A stretch of DNA of 64,000 nt from an uncultured virus (IMG/VR IMGVR_UViG_3300037882_001470) (IMGVR_UViG_3300037882_001470); one strand, 5' to 3'; shown: positions 8,879-18,691, numbered from the stretch's first letter. The notes: a model not told the origin generated them from the letters alone. Translations and numbers: made by a program.

Positions 8879-11800
8879 TCAACTGATTACCTTTGCAGAA
8901 TATGTGGCACGTAGTGCAAGCGTGTAAGGCACCTCTGTTACCCCACGTTTGACATTCACGAAATTGTGAGCGCGGACGGACCATTCAAACGGGTCGCCGA
9001 GAAGGGGATTTTTGGCCAGCCATTTGTGGAAATCCGCGTGGCACTCCGGACAAGGTACACGCTGGAGCCATTCATTCAATACCCAATCGTGTATTTCAGA
9101 TGCCGACATATCCGCGGCGGCTACGCAGTATCTGTGTAGTTCGTCCCATAACGCAGGCCCAGCTACGCTCATGTCGATAGAGATTATATGACGTGGTGTT
9201 GTTGGGGTGCGCCCAGCAGTAACGTTGCGTCCTCCACAGCAACCTTGTGATTCTGCCTGTAAGTAAACAATTCCTATACCTCTATGCAATGCGTTTAAAG
9301 ATTTTTCATTCGTAGTGAGTTGTAATCGTGACTCTACGCGGGCAATCCTATTACCGTAGGTTTTCGTAATAGTTTTAAACCACTCCCCCAAATCTGGGTG
9401 CAATAACAGATCGTCAATTATAATGACACCGTTCGGTGTAGTGGCTTGTAGAGCTGTCTCAAAGTCGTATACACAACCCTCAACGCTGTGATCGCCGTCA
9501 ACAAGAAACAAGTCAAAAGGTCCTCCGCTTATTATTTCGCTTCTACGGTGTTTAGAATCTCCGAACGACAACGCATATTTACCAGGACTATATAAATCCA
9601 TTACTCGCCGCAGGACTACGTCACTACCTGATACGCCTCCGTAGCTTGCGCCCGGTAAGTCAAAACAGTGAATAAATGTGGAGACACTTGCGGACGCAAC
9701 AGCCGCGGCACTGTGTCCGTATCTTGAGCCTATCTCTCCATATTTCTTTGGCAATAATAAGGAGGCCATCTCGAGCAGGGTCGTGTGTAGCTGCGATATC
9801 CGTTCATCGTGTCCTGTAATCGCGTTAACCCCTTTGATAAACTTTATGGCGTTATGGCGTTGAACAACAGCCGGCAGTTCTTTATTACCAACGCGCCCCT
9901 TCCATTCATCGTGCTTTGGAAACTCCATGGTTCCACTTTTAGGGTATGAGCTATGGATTAATCGATCTTTAACATCAAATAGCGGCCAGACATATTTTCC
10001 AAGGAATCGCTCATCGTCTCCGTAAAGTGCACAAGGCTCTGAGTTTAGTTTATCTCGGACCTTTGATAATATACCGGGGCGTATGCCCCACATCCCAGCC
10101 GGTATGGGACGATCTGGTCTATTCACTTGTTGAGCGTGATCCAGCATAACGTGTAATGACTTTCCGCTGAGTATCCACGCCTCTACAGCCGCACGTTCTC
10201 TAGGGTTAATTTTGGAGTCCGCGTCTCTGAAGATTACATGTGTAAACTCCGTAGATTCTGCGGCTAAGAACCTCCAACAAGCGCCGCCACGCCCAGACTC
10301 AGAATCCATCTCAATAACTTCCGCAACTGCTTTTAGTCGCGCGATAGCCCGGTGTCCGCGCTCTACATATACCCTTACACGCCATCCTGGGTATATTTTA
10401 CCTACTAGCTCGCAATTATCAAACATCCCGAGTTCGTAAATAGCGTTACGACCAAATAGCGAGAAAGCAATTAGACCGCGTTGCGCTGGCAGCGCTAATC
10501 CATTGGTATACATCCAATTTTGCGCGTTCCATTTCCGGGACATAAAGTGGACTATCGAAGGGCTTAAAGCCCCTGATGCGCCTGGAAAATAATGTAAGTC
10601 GCGAGGCAACTTGGCGACTTTTATGTTCACGCGTCTCAGAGCTCTAACAAGCGCTAACTGATCGATGTCTTTAAATCGTTCCCACTCTTGCAACCACACA
10701 TCGGCCAATTGGTCGACTACAGGACTTCTTCGGTAGAATATAACACCGGAGTTCCAGTGTATGTCGTCCGCGTAGTCAATCATTATATCTTTTTCCGCAG
10801 AAGTTGCCCAACCTGGGTGTTTAATAACATGCTTGATCGATGGATTGGCGTAGTCCGGTAACATCGCAATATCACAGTCCAGTCTTTCCAACGTATTACG
10901 TATTCCCGGAAATCGACGCATTGTAACCGTGTCGTCGTCTATAATTGCACACCATTCTTTGGCTGCCTGCTTCAGAAGTCCAATCTTGTGTCGACGACTT
11001 GCACGGTCTCCACAACGACCCACGTGCACGGTTCTAATGTCTGTTCTCGGTTCGTCCGACCATAGCTCTACTTCAATATTTGGCATTATTCTACGCATGG
11101 AAAGCGCTGCGCAATCTCCAAGACGACGTCTTCCTTGACCTCCTATACTCAGTATTCGAACTGATTCATGGCAGTCGAGCGCTCTTCCTACCGCATCCAT
11201 CACTACATTGATGTCGCGCCAACTTTCCTTCGCAAGAATATCAACATACCCACGATTTGCCTTACGTAACGCCGCCAGTTGATTGTGTACGTCACATCCT
11301 TGATTAACGATTACACTTGGCGCATCCATTAAAGCCGCCAAGTGAGACACTCCGGAATCACTACCTATAAAAAGCCGGCAACGCGACAATATGTCCACAG
11401 TACCATCAGTATGCCCACCCGGGTGGTCCCACGCCTGACATTCAACGTCTAACTCAACGGACGTCGAACGTGCACCGACTACACCGACCGTTAGCCCCAG
11501 TGCGCGTAGTCGATCTACAAGTAAACCCCATAGTGCCCAATTTCGTTCTTTAATCACGTTTCGAAGGCGAGGGGCTATGGCAACATCTACGACAGGTAGA
11601 CACGGCGTCGCTGCCGGCATGAACTTGATCTTGTCGACGGCATCAAAGCTGGCACGAGGATTTGGCGACATAACCTGCCATCCAGGTAAGTCCATTTGTA
11701 TAGTGGACTGCCTCCCAGTGCGCATGTCATCTGGCAACTCTTGCCAGTCGTATCTGAACTCTGACGCCGACGGAAACAGGCATTCGTCGCCGTGCCTACA

Positions 11801-12055
11801 GAACACAAGTTTCCGAGTCGCCTGATGCGCGTGAATAACGCGTGCGTAATCGCCGATTAAACATCCGAACTCTCCTATAAATGGTAGAAAAGCTGTACCG
11901 ATCGGCTCTGCAATCGGTAATATGGATATACCGGCGGATGTCTGTGTAACCTGATAGTCGCCTTCGGTTGTACGTATTTTACGCGACATACCGGAAGATA
12001 ACGGCATCAATCGTAATAGCCGTGAAATGTGCGATGTTACTGTATCTGAGATCAT
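8879..12055 (-). CDS. Multidomain enzyme: GT9-like, GT8-like and GT-A-like glycosyltransferase domains, class I SAM methyltransferase, and C-terminal Erv/ALR-type sulfhydryl oxidase
   Basis: LFIGSDSGVSHLAALMDAP (GT9); IIDDDT...WNSGVIFY...DQLAL (GT8-like); IAFSLFG...WRFLA...IFRDADS (DxD); EIGSRYGHS...LVDGDH (Methyltransf_24-like); GPALWDELH...PCPECHADF...WSVRAHNFVN (Erv). Confidence 0.85.
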   Translation of the reverse strand: MISDTVTSHISRLLRLMPLSSGMSRKIRTTEGDYQVTQTSAGISILPIAEPIGTAFLPFIGEFGCLIGDYARVIHAHQATRKLVFCRHGDECLFPSASEFRYDWQELPDDMRTGRQSTIQMDLPGWQVMSPNPRASFDAVDKIKFMPAATPCLPVVDVAIAPRLRNVIKERNWALWGLLVDRLRALGLTVGVVGARSTSVELDVECQAWDHPGGHTDGTVDILSRCRLFIGSDSGVSHLAALMDAPSVIVNQGCDVHNQLAALRKANRGYVDILAKESWRDINVVMDAVGRALDCHESVRILSIGGQGRRRLGDCAALSMRRIMPNIEVELWSDEPRTDIRTVHVGRCGDRASRRHKIGLLKQAAKEWCAIIDDDTVTMRRFPGIRNTLERLDCDIAMLPDYANPSIKHVIKHPGWATSAEKDIMIDYADDIHWNSGVIFYRRSPVVDQLADVWLQEWERFKDIDQLALVRALRRVNIKVAKLPRDLHYFPGASGALSPSIVHFMSRKWNAQNWMYTNGLALPAQRGLIAFSLFGRNAIYELGMFDNCELVGKIYPGWRVRVYVERGHRAIARLKAVAEVIEMDSESGRGGACWRFLAAESTEFTHVIFRDADSKINPRERAAVEAWILSGKSLHVMLDHAQQVNRPDRPIPAGMWGIRPGILSKVRDKLNSEPCALYGDDERFLGKYVWPLFDVKDRLIHSSYPKSGTMEFPKHDEWKGRVGNKELPAVVQRHNAIKFIKGVNAITGHDERISQLHTTLLEMASLLLPKKYGEIGSRYGHSAAAVASASVSTFIHCFDLPGASYGGVSGSDVVLRRVMDLYSPGKYALSFGDSKHRRSEIISGGPFDLFLVDGDHSVEGCVYDFETALQATTPNGVIIIDDLLLHPDLGEWFKTITKTYGNRIARVESRLQLTTNEKSLNALHRGIGIVYLQAESQGCCGGRNVTAGRTPTTPRHIISIDMSVAGPALWDELHRYCVAAADMSASEIHDWVLNEWLQRVPCPECHADFHKWLAKNPLLGDPFEWSVRAHNFVNVKRGVTEVPYTLALRATYSAKVIS

Positions 12056-13032
12056 GGGCAGACTTCCTGAACTAGTGTAATACTAGGGCTTAAACAAATC
12101 TTCCCGTCAATACCGCCGCCAGTACCTTCGTATCGTGCCGATATAATAACCGAGTTGGCGCACGGGGCCGAGGCTAAAACTTCTGCGTCGTCGTTAACAC
12201 CGGACCATATAACGTTACCATTAGCGTATATGGTTAAAAACCCTGTGCAGTTATTGTCGATCGCACATCTACAGTTGGCGCCGTGGAAAGTCACGCTGAC
12301 GGTCACGCCATAGTCCCAGTGACTACCAACGCAGCAACCCGCCTGTGTTGACACCGTAATCTGACAGGTACACGACCCGTCGTCTGGTGTAGGCGGAGGG
12401 CTAGGAGGGCTCGGCGGCGTCGGCGGCGTCGGCGGTGTCGGCGTCGGCGTTGGAGAAGGCGTCGGCGTTGGAGAAGGCGTCGGCGTTGGAGAAGGCGTCG
12501 GCGTTGGCGTTGGAGAAGGCGTCGGCGTCGGCGTCGGCGTTGGAGAAGGCGTCGGCGTTGCCGGCGGTACGTGTATGTGACAGACGTGACACGTGTATAA
12601 TAGTGTATCTCCGTCCCACACGGTTACGCAAAACACGTAAAACTGGTCAATAGACGATGCTCTCTCTTGTATAAGAAAGTCTGGAGGGGGCTTAGCGGTA
12701 GAGCCTGTTTCTTTGCATTTTCTCTCTTTACGTGTGATATTACCACTAGCGGTGTAAAGAATTGGCTGGGTCAAATCGCACTTTTTCTGGCTGTCCGCAT
12801 TCTCAGTATTTATTGCACGTAACTCGAAACGTAACATGCCGAGCTTCATGGCGTTTACCACTGGTGTTGGAAGTTCGCCCCGTGCAGTGGTCTGACTGCT
12901 ATGCTCCCAGGCGAGACGTAGTCCGAATGTTTCTGAATCATTATAGACCTCGCACAAGTGAAAAACAATAGCGTCACAAGCACAGTCCTCGTAACACCCT
13001 AAATAACATGATCTGCAGCGAGACTGTGCCAT
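12052..13032 (-). CDS. Cys-rich protein with a Pro/Thr/Ser mucin-like linker
   Basis: More than 20 Cys in the N- and C-terminal domains, separated by about 60 aa of PTPSPT repeats. Confidence 0.75.
   Translation of the reverse strand: MAQSRCRSCYLGCYEDCACDAIVFHLCEVYNDSETFGLRLAWEHSSQTTARGELPTPVVNAMKLGMLRFELRAINTENADSQKKCDLTQPILYTASGNITRKERKCKETGSTAKPPPDFLIQERASSIDQFYVFCVTVWDGDTLLYTCHVCHIHVPPATPTPSPTPTPTPTPSPTPTPTPSPTPTPSPTPTPSPTPTPTPPTPPTPPSPPSPPPTPDDGSCTCQITVSTQAGCCVGSHWDYGVTVSVTFHGANCRCAIDNNCTGFLTIYANGNVIWSGVNDDAEVLASAPCANSVIISARYEGTGGGIDGKICLSPSITLVQEVCP
12391..12567. repeat. Coding tandem repeat (6-bp and 18-bp units, e.g. GGCGTTGGAGAAGGCGTC) encoding the PT/PS linker
   Basis: Directly visible reiteration of ggcgtc/ggcgtt/ggagaa units. 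Confidence 0.9.
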
Positions 13033-16000
13033 TATATTCTATAACCGCCGGGCGCATCAATTAACGAAGGATGACGCTTACCTGTACGTGGGTCGCACAC
13101 TATATCTAGCAAAAGATTTACCGAGCACATGCGTGTTAAAATAACACCATTACCGTTGACAAAGAATATAGGATTTTCTCCAACGTTCTTTACCTCGCGA
13201 AAATGCGTGAGGTAAACGACAAGGGTTCCAGAAAAGTCTTCAATGTCGGGCGTAGGTGCCTCACTGGGAGTCCAGTGGTCTCCCGGGGGCTCGGTGGTTA
13301 CTCCGATATCCGCGTATCTAAATGTGCCGTCTATGTCAGTATACACGGTGAGTCGTATAAACTCGCCAAGAGTAAGGACGCGCGTCTCAGAGAATCCGGA
13401 CACTGTCGCGACATCTGTCAGCGTTTTAGTGCTAAGACGCAATGTAGCGCTCTGATTCACGATAACACGACACCCGGCAGTTTTGTCATAAGGTGGAGTC
13501 GAAACCTTACCCAACGACACGACGCTCCAACCATAAGGGTTATCACCAGATGCGCCGGATGCTACACACTGTTGGTTGGCCTTTATATGCTCTCGTGCTT
13601 GTTTTGTCGGACTGTCTGGATCTGTGGCTTTGAACGTCCCTTTGGACACGGTAAGAACGCCTACGGCTTTTTCATTGGAGCTACAAGGGTTACCGATCAA
13701 CGGTACCCCGCCTACGCCACCGCCGCCGGCTCCGCCGCCGGCTCCGCCGCCTCCCGCAGCGTTTCTTGTCTGGTCGTCATGCGTGTAAACGCAGGATAAC
13801 TCACGTTTAAGCGTCTCAGATACCTTAGAGTTTGCGTCTCCAATAGACTCAAAAGACAGTTGGGTTCCGGCAGTTGCAATTATCGAAGTCCTCGCCGTGT
13901 CGTCCCATGGGGCGACACCTCCGTCAGCCATACGTTTCTGTTCACAGCTTACCGTGACATCCGTATTTGCCCATACACAATTCAACGCTGTAGTCGCTTG
14001 TCGGTAAACCTGATTTGTTGCGTCGTAACGTGACACAGTGCTACGATACACTCCGCCTGGAATAAAAACCGGGTGACCTGCCGCTCCAGGCTTACCAATT
14101 GACAATTCCCCGTCTCCTTGAGTGATGGGTAACAGCGCCTGCTCGTTAAAATCGTTCCACGGCAATACATTGGCAAATCCGCACTGAGCGATTACGGCTA
14201 CGTTCGTCCAAAAACAATCGAGATTGCCTACCCCGATTACGGCGGCTTTCGCATCAGCATCCGCTTGGCTTTCTGTAGAGAACTCGATACCGGCGATAAG
14301 TTCCACAGGATTGGCTAAAGACCCTACTGCTTTAAGATCTACTTTGGTCCTTACGTGATATGAGTGATCAGTAGGCGTCATCAGTCCACTACCGTAAGTC
14401 AGACGTCCGTCGGGTGTGGAGACGACGTTGTCGAGGGGTGTATCGTCGCATAGAAACTTAGCGGCGCGTGACAAATAAAAGCAGTTCAACTGCCCCTTAC
14501 CAATTAGGCGGGCTTTTTCGTTAGCGTCGATCAAAGACTCTTCGGAGAACTCTTGCCCCGCTTTTACAACTATAGGACTTATCGCCGACCCGCTGGATTG
14601 CGGGGCTACGTCGGGCTTCCCTGCATCTACCTCACATGTGACAAGCAGATCTTCATTATAGAAGACACATTGTAGCGTGGACTTTGCAGTTTGAAGCGCG
14701 AGCCAGTTCGCATACTTTTTGGCTCTTTCTGCGGCGTTAAGTGCCGGGTTAAATTCAACTGGCACCTGACTCTTTGTGACCGTAATGGAGTTAGCGCCTA
14801 TAACCACCTCCGCTGTGCGTTCAGCTTCACTACCGTCAAATGTACCCATCGGGATAGCGGGACTAGTGCATTTATAACGCACAACGTCGTTACCATACAA
14901 ACACGCTATGTCGCCAATACCTGCCGTGGTCGCACTCAATAGTGTGCCTGCGTCTGCGTATGCGGCGGCTACAGCCTCCTCGGCGCTCGAAAGACAATAC
15001 TTTGATGCCGGCACCCCGGTTGTAGTGTCCATCGACCCATTAGCGAATACATGATCCAGAGGTAATTGTATGTTGCCGTTTTTGATGTCTTCGAGAGTCG
15101 CCGGGTCAATACACTTCGGAAGCACTGTCGGATTGCAGTATAAACAGTCGAGACGACCTGTCGCGTCTGTAAGTGCCGAGTCGTCAGCGTCGGCCTGAGA
15201 AACTGACGACCTATATGTGTTCGCGTCTACAATTACAGACTTCACCGGTGAGTTATCAGACGGAGTCAGAGTCAACACGCCGTCGGGCGAAGTTACTGAC
15301 TGTGTCGGGCAAATTACCTCGACTCGTGTATTACCGAACTCACAGACTAGACGTCTGGTTGCCGCGATTCTCGCCTCGTCGTTTGCTGCGGCTTGACTGA
15401 CCGAAGATGCAAAGTAACCAGCCGGTACTGTTACATCGGTTCCAACATCGTCGCTCTGATAGTTTATCGGACGGTCATGAAGGTGTTGCGGATCGGAACA
15501 ACTCGCAGACAATGTCTCGTTTAAATAGAAACACTGTAGAAGCCCGAGAGCGTAAGCTCTTGCCATGTTTTCTGCGTCTGCAACGGAAACTTCGCTGACA
15601 AATGCACCTTGAGCGAGATTGACATCGGCGATACGAGAAATTCCGTAAGGAGGTGTAATGGCGTCGCTTGTAATCCCTACCATCCCGAACGCAGTCTCGC
15701 AAGACACCGATATGGCTGGGGATGGAAACTTACACACCAGTAAACGCCGCGCGTCATCCAACGCCTGCGCGTCAGCGTCAGCTTGCGACACACGCGAGGT
15801 AAATTTACCAGCTTCCGAAACTACAGGATTACGAATACCGTCCGTCCCGACATCCAGTGCGCCTTCCGGACATGTCGCAGTCACGGTCTCGTTTACAAAG
15901 TAACAATCGATAGCCGCCCGAGCTTTATCCAGAGCTACCTGGTTTACATCGATGTAGGCAATCGCGATGAGAGATATCACGGTTTCCGCGTTTGATAACG

Positions 16001-16403
16001 CCATCCCGTAACGCCCTACTAACCCAGAGGAATCACCTCCGAGCGCCAAGCTACGAAACTCGTCCTGATCTACGGAGATACGCGCCGTCACGGGTTGAGG
16101 CAAAAACGAAAGGTCAACAAGCACCGTCTCCGACCCGGCTGGTATATCAACAGCGTCGCCGTTCGGCCCGCTACCCTCAATCGAAGCGCATGTGACAGTT
16201 CCAACTGCGTTGTAGATTGGAATGTAAAGGGCTTTAGAAGATGTTGCCGTTGTCTCACTGTCTGTTGGAGTAATTAATTCCAACGGAGCAGCGGTCGGGG
16301 TATCACAAATAGGTAGCGGCCTACGCCCCGAAGTCACCGGTGGAGTATCAATTGGTGGAGTTGTTTTTATCTCCGGGCAGTTGTCTTTATTGTCCCGTGT
16401 CAT
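13032..16403 (-). CDS. Large repeat protein with about 11-12 DUF5977-like Cys-containing repeats
   Basis: Recurrent unit C...AG.F.S.VSQADAD..A...L.C.[FYW].N (e.g. AGKFTSRVSQADADAQA, ANTYRSSVSQADADDSA, AGIEFSTESQADADAKA). Confidence 0.75.
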   Translation of the reverse strand: MTRDNKDNCPEIKTTPPIDTPPVTSGRRPLPICDTPTAAPLELITPTDSETTATSSKALYIPIYNAVGTVTCASIEGSGPNGDAVDIPAGSETVLVDLSFLPQPVTARISVDQDEFRSLALGGDSSGLVGRYGMALSNAETVISLIAIAYIDVNQVALDKARAAIDCYFVNETVTATCPEGALDVGTDGIRNPVVSEAGKFTSRVSQADADAQALDDARRLLVCKFPSPAISVSCETAFGMVGITSDAITPPYGISRIADVNLAQGAFVSEVSVADAENMARAYALGLLQCFYLNETLSASCSDPQHLHDRPINYQSDDVGTDVTVPAGYFASSVSQAAANDEARIAATRRLVCEFGNTRVEVICPTQSVTSPDGVLTLTPSDNSPVKSVIVDANTYRSSVSQADADDSALTDATGRLDCLYCNPTVLPKCIDPATLEDIKNGNIQLPLDHVFANGSMDTTTGVPASKYCLSSAEEAVAAAYADAGTLLSATTAGIGDIACLYGNDVVRYKCTSPAIPMGTFDGSEAERTAEVVIGANSITVTKSQVPVEFNPALNAAERAKKYANWLALQTAKSTLQCVFYNEDLLVTCEVDAGKPDVAPQSSGSAISPIVVKAGQEFSEESLIDANEKARLIGKGQLNCFYLSRAAKFLCDDTPLDNVVSTPDGRLTYGSGLMTPTDHSYHVRTKVDLKAVGSLANPVELIAGIEFSTESQADADAKAAVIGVGNLDCFWTNVAVIAQCGFANVLPWNDFNEQALLPITQGDGELSIGKPGAAGHPVFIPGGVYRSTVSRYDATNQVYRQATTALNCVWANTDVTVSCEQKRMADGGVAPWDDTARTSIIATAGTQLSFESIGDANSKVSETLKRELSCVYTHDDQTRNAAGGGGAGGGAGGGGVGGVPLIGNPCSSNEKAVGVLTVSKGTFKATDPDSPTKQAREHIKANQQCVASGASGDNPYGWSVVSLGKVSTPPYDKTAGCRVIVNQSATLRLSTKTLTDVATVSGFSETRVLTLGEFIRLTVYTDIDGTFRYADIGVTTEPPGDHWTPSEAPTPDIEDFSGTLVVYLTHFREVKNVGENPIFFVNGNGVILTRMCSVNLLLDIVCDPRTGKRHPSLIDAPGGYRI

Positions 16404-17956
16404 GTCTTGTCGATAAGCGTATACGCCCCCATTTCCACATGCGAGAACGTTAATGTTGTGACCATTACCCCGTCGCTACCAGGATTCTGAGGACGTTCTA
16501 ATCGGTGCGCCAAGCTGGCGGCAGCCCCCGTGAACAGCACTTCTGCACCGTCTCGCGTCTTCCCACGGATGGAGTATCTCACGCCGAGCTGCCAACTGTA
16601 ATCCAGTGGGACCGTAATAGTAACGGTATCGGATTGTAGTGCCGTATCTATATATCGACTCTTCGCCGTTGCCGTCATTATCTCCCCGCAAAGATCGCCG
16701 TATGACTTTAGCCCTAGCTCTTGCTCTTTTCTAATAGTCTCAGGAGATGGACGGTCCCCAGCTAGTGATCGCTTTATGTTTTTCCTCGTGAGCGAACTCG
16801 GAGGCGCGTTTGGTGGGACCCACGCTGGGGGTGCAACCGTGGTGGGAATACCAGAGTTGGCGCTGCTCAAAGCCTGCGGAGGCCATACGCCTAGAATCAG
16901 CCCGGAGTCCGATAATGTCCTAGTTCCAGACTGAATTCCAGCCTTGTAGCCCGATTGCATACTACCACGGACCACTACGGCGTTCACCGGCGACAACGTG
17001 CTCCTTCCGAGCTTCGGAGTAAAATTCACGATAGTGACTTCCTTTACGACGGGGTCTGAATTGACTAGATCGTCAGTGGATACAAATCGCGCTGTTCGTC
17101 CGTTAATGTCTGGAACCATTACCAGATCAAACGTATATGCAAAATACAGGAGCGTTTGCATAAACCCACCTGTCGAGTGTCTCAACATGTCTGCCAGTAT
17201 TCGGACGACATGCATTTGAACAGGAAGCTTTACAGACACCGCAGCCCGGCTTAGAAGTTTAAACGCAGGAGACGCCGATCCTGATAGGTTCAGAATACTA
17301 TCCAGAAGACTTTTTGGAACTATGTTGTTGTCGTGTATTCTCTTAATCAACGCTGCGTCTTCGTCCCTGTATGTGGGATTTTTTGTACCAGTATTTGTGG
17401 CGACTCCCCAAAGCTTGATCATCTCATTTAGCGTTACACGAAGGTAGTCTGCGGGGGTTGTAACATTACTTACCAGTCGCTGGATTTCTCGGTTCTCTTT
17501 GCCGGGGGCTGTGCCGAAGTATTGGCCGAACTCAAAGGAATCGTATACGTCCGGGCGAAATGAGTCCAGTAGCGCGAGCTCACCTACGAAGTTCAGCATT
17601 ATGGCATAGGATGCGGCTCCGAGCGTTGTCTCTGGCGAAATAAATAGAACGTCCGCGTCCAGATAAGGCGCCAGCCCGTCGAATAGAGAGAGCTTTATCG
17701 AATTTACCGCAGGCGGAGACGTTTTGGCTGATTGTAGACGTCCGTAATACCTGACAAGGTCGACATCTGTTACCCGCCCTACGATCTTATCTTTGTCGCG
17801 GTTCGGTACAGGCGTAACCGAGTAAGTAGGTGCCTCGTTCAAGGACATGTTTACTGTGACGGAGGCAATATGCACCGTCTCAAACGAGGCCCCGGTGATA
17901 GTTGCGTCAGCACGGCGTATGTCTGGTGTTTCAACCATTGGTAGCGCGGTAGTCAA
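16400..17956 (-). CDS. Putative baseplate hub protein (gpD/gp27-like)
   Basis: Downstream of the tape measure gene; C-terminal 'TITVPLD...LG..Y....F.G....L.H.L....T.LTF' pattern typical of hub proteins. Confidence 0.45.
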   Translation of the reverse strand: MTTALPMVETPDIRRADATITGASFETVHIASVTVNMSLNEAPTYSVTPVPNRDKDKIVGRVTDVDLVRYYGRLQSAKTSPPAVNSIKLSLFDGLAPYLDADVLFISPETTLGAASYAIMLNFVGELALLDSFRPDVYDSFEFGQYFGTAPGKENREIQRLVSNVTTPADYLRVTLNEMIKLWGVATNTGTKNPTYRDEDAALIKRIHDNNIVPKSLLDSILNLSGSASPAFKLLSRAAVSVKLPVQMHVVRILADMLRHSTGGFMQTLLYFAYTFDLVMVPDINGRTARFVSTDDLVNSDPVVKEVTIVNFTPKLGRSTLSPVNAVVVRGSMQSGYKAGIQSGTRTLSDSGLILGVWPPQALSSANSGIPTTVAPPAWVPPNAPPSSLTRKNIKRSLAGDRPSPETIRKEQELGLKSYGDLCGEIMTATAKSRYIDTALQSDTVTITVPLDYSWQLGVRYSIRGKTRDGAEVLFTGAAASLAHRLERPQNPGSDGVMVTTLTFSHVEMGAYTLIDKT

Positions 17957-18686
17957 TAATCAACGCCGCTCCTATGAGCCCGGCGCGTGTTACGTGCTGC
18001 GTCTGTGCGCCTTGGTAAGCTCCCAACAATCCTGCCGAATTTAGAAGATCCGCGGCCCCGTGAGTAATAGCGGTAGTATTGAACAACTCGAATGGGAATA
18101 TTTGCCATGGCATGTGAAGCAGACATCCAGCCAGTTGGAACTCCGATGCGAATCGTGCCCTGAAGTTTAACGGGATTCCAGCCTCTTCGAAGTCTATCGA
18201 TACTACGCCTGTGTTGTCTGTGCTGTAACGTAGTTCGACAGGCTCCGCATCCGGGCGGGTCATCTCAAGTCGGTTGGAATTTAGCGCGCGGAATCTTACC
18301 CATGGTGTATTCGAATCCGGCCAGTATGTCGGCGGTGGTAGCGCCACAATCGACGGCGGAACGTTTGCAGCCAACACAGTAACCCCTCCGTTAATTGGGG
18401 CCGTAGTATCGAGGTCGCGCGACATTCCAAAATGTGCGACGAGTTCTGATACACGAAACCCCGGTTCCAGTTCCTGAAGTATATTGAGGTTTGTTGCAAC
18501 AGCGCAGACAACTGGGTTAATGAAATCGTCTGTGTATGAAATATCGAGCAGCAGCGCACGTCTCAACGCAGTGGCGAGTGTAGATGCGTCGGTTTTGAAA
18601 CCTTCAGTGTCAGGGCTGCGTAGCTGCGGCGTATTGAAGTTGGTTCTGCAACCAATCTGTGACGCTAATTTATGAAATAGATGCAT
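17931..18686 (-). CDS. Hypothetical baseplate/tail protein
   Basis: 251 aa ORF within the tail gene run. Confidence 0.5.
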   Translation of the reverse strand: MHLFHKLASQIGCRTNFNTPQLRSPDTEGFKTDASTLATALRRALLLDISYTDDFINPVVCAVATNLNILQELEPGFRVSELVAHFGMSRDLDTTAPINGGVTVLAANVPPSIVALPPPTYWPDSNTPWVRFRALNSNRLEMTRPDAEPVELRYSTDNTGVVSIDFEEAGIPLNFRARFASEFQLAGCLLHMPWQIFPFELFNTTAITHGAADLLNSAGLLGAYQGAQTQHVTRAGLIGAALIIDYRATNG

Positions 18687-18691
18687 TGGCG

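Noticed and set aside
12391..12567. Possible CRISPR array
   Set aside because: Tandem units without unique spacers, lying inside a CDS.
12401..12653. Alternative-frame repeat ORFs (NADAFS / ALEKAS)
   Set aside because: By-products of the PT-encoding tandem repeat.
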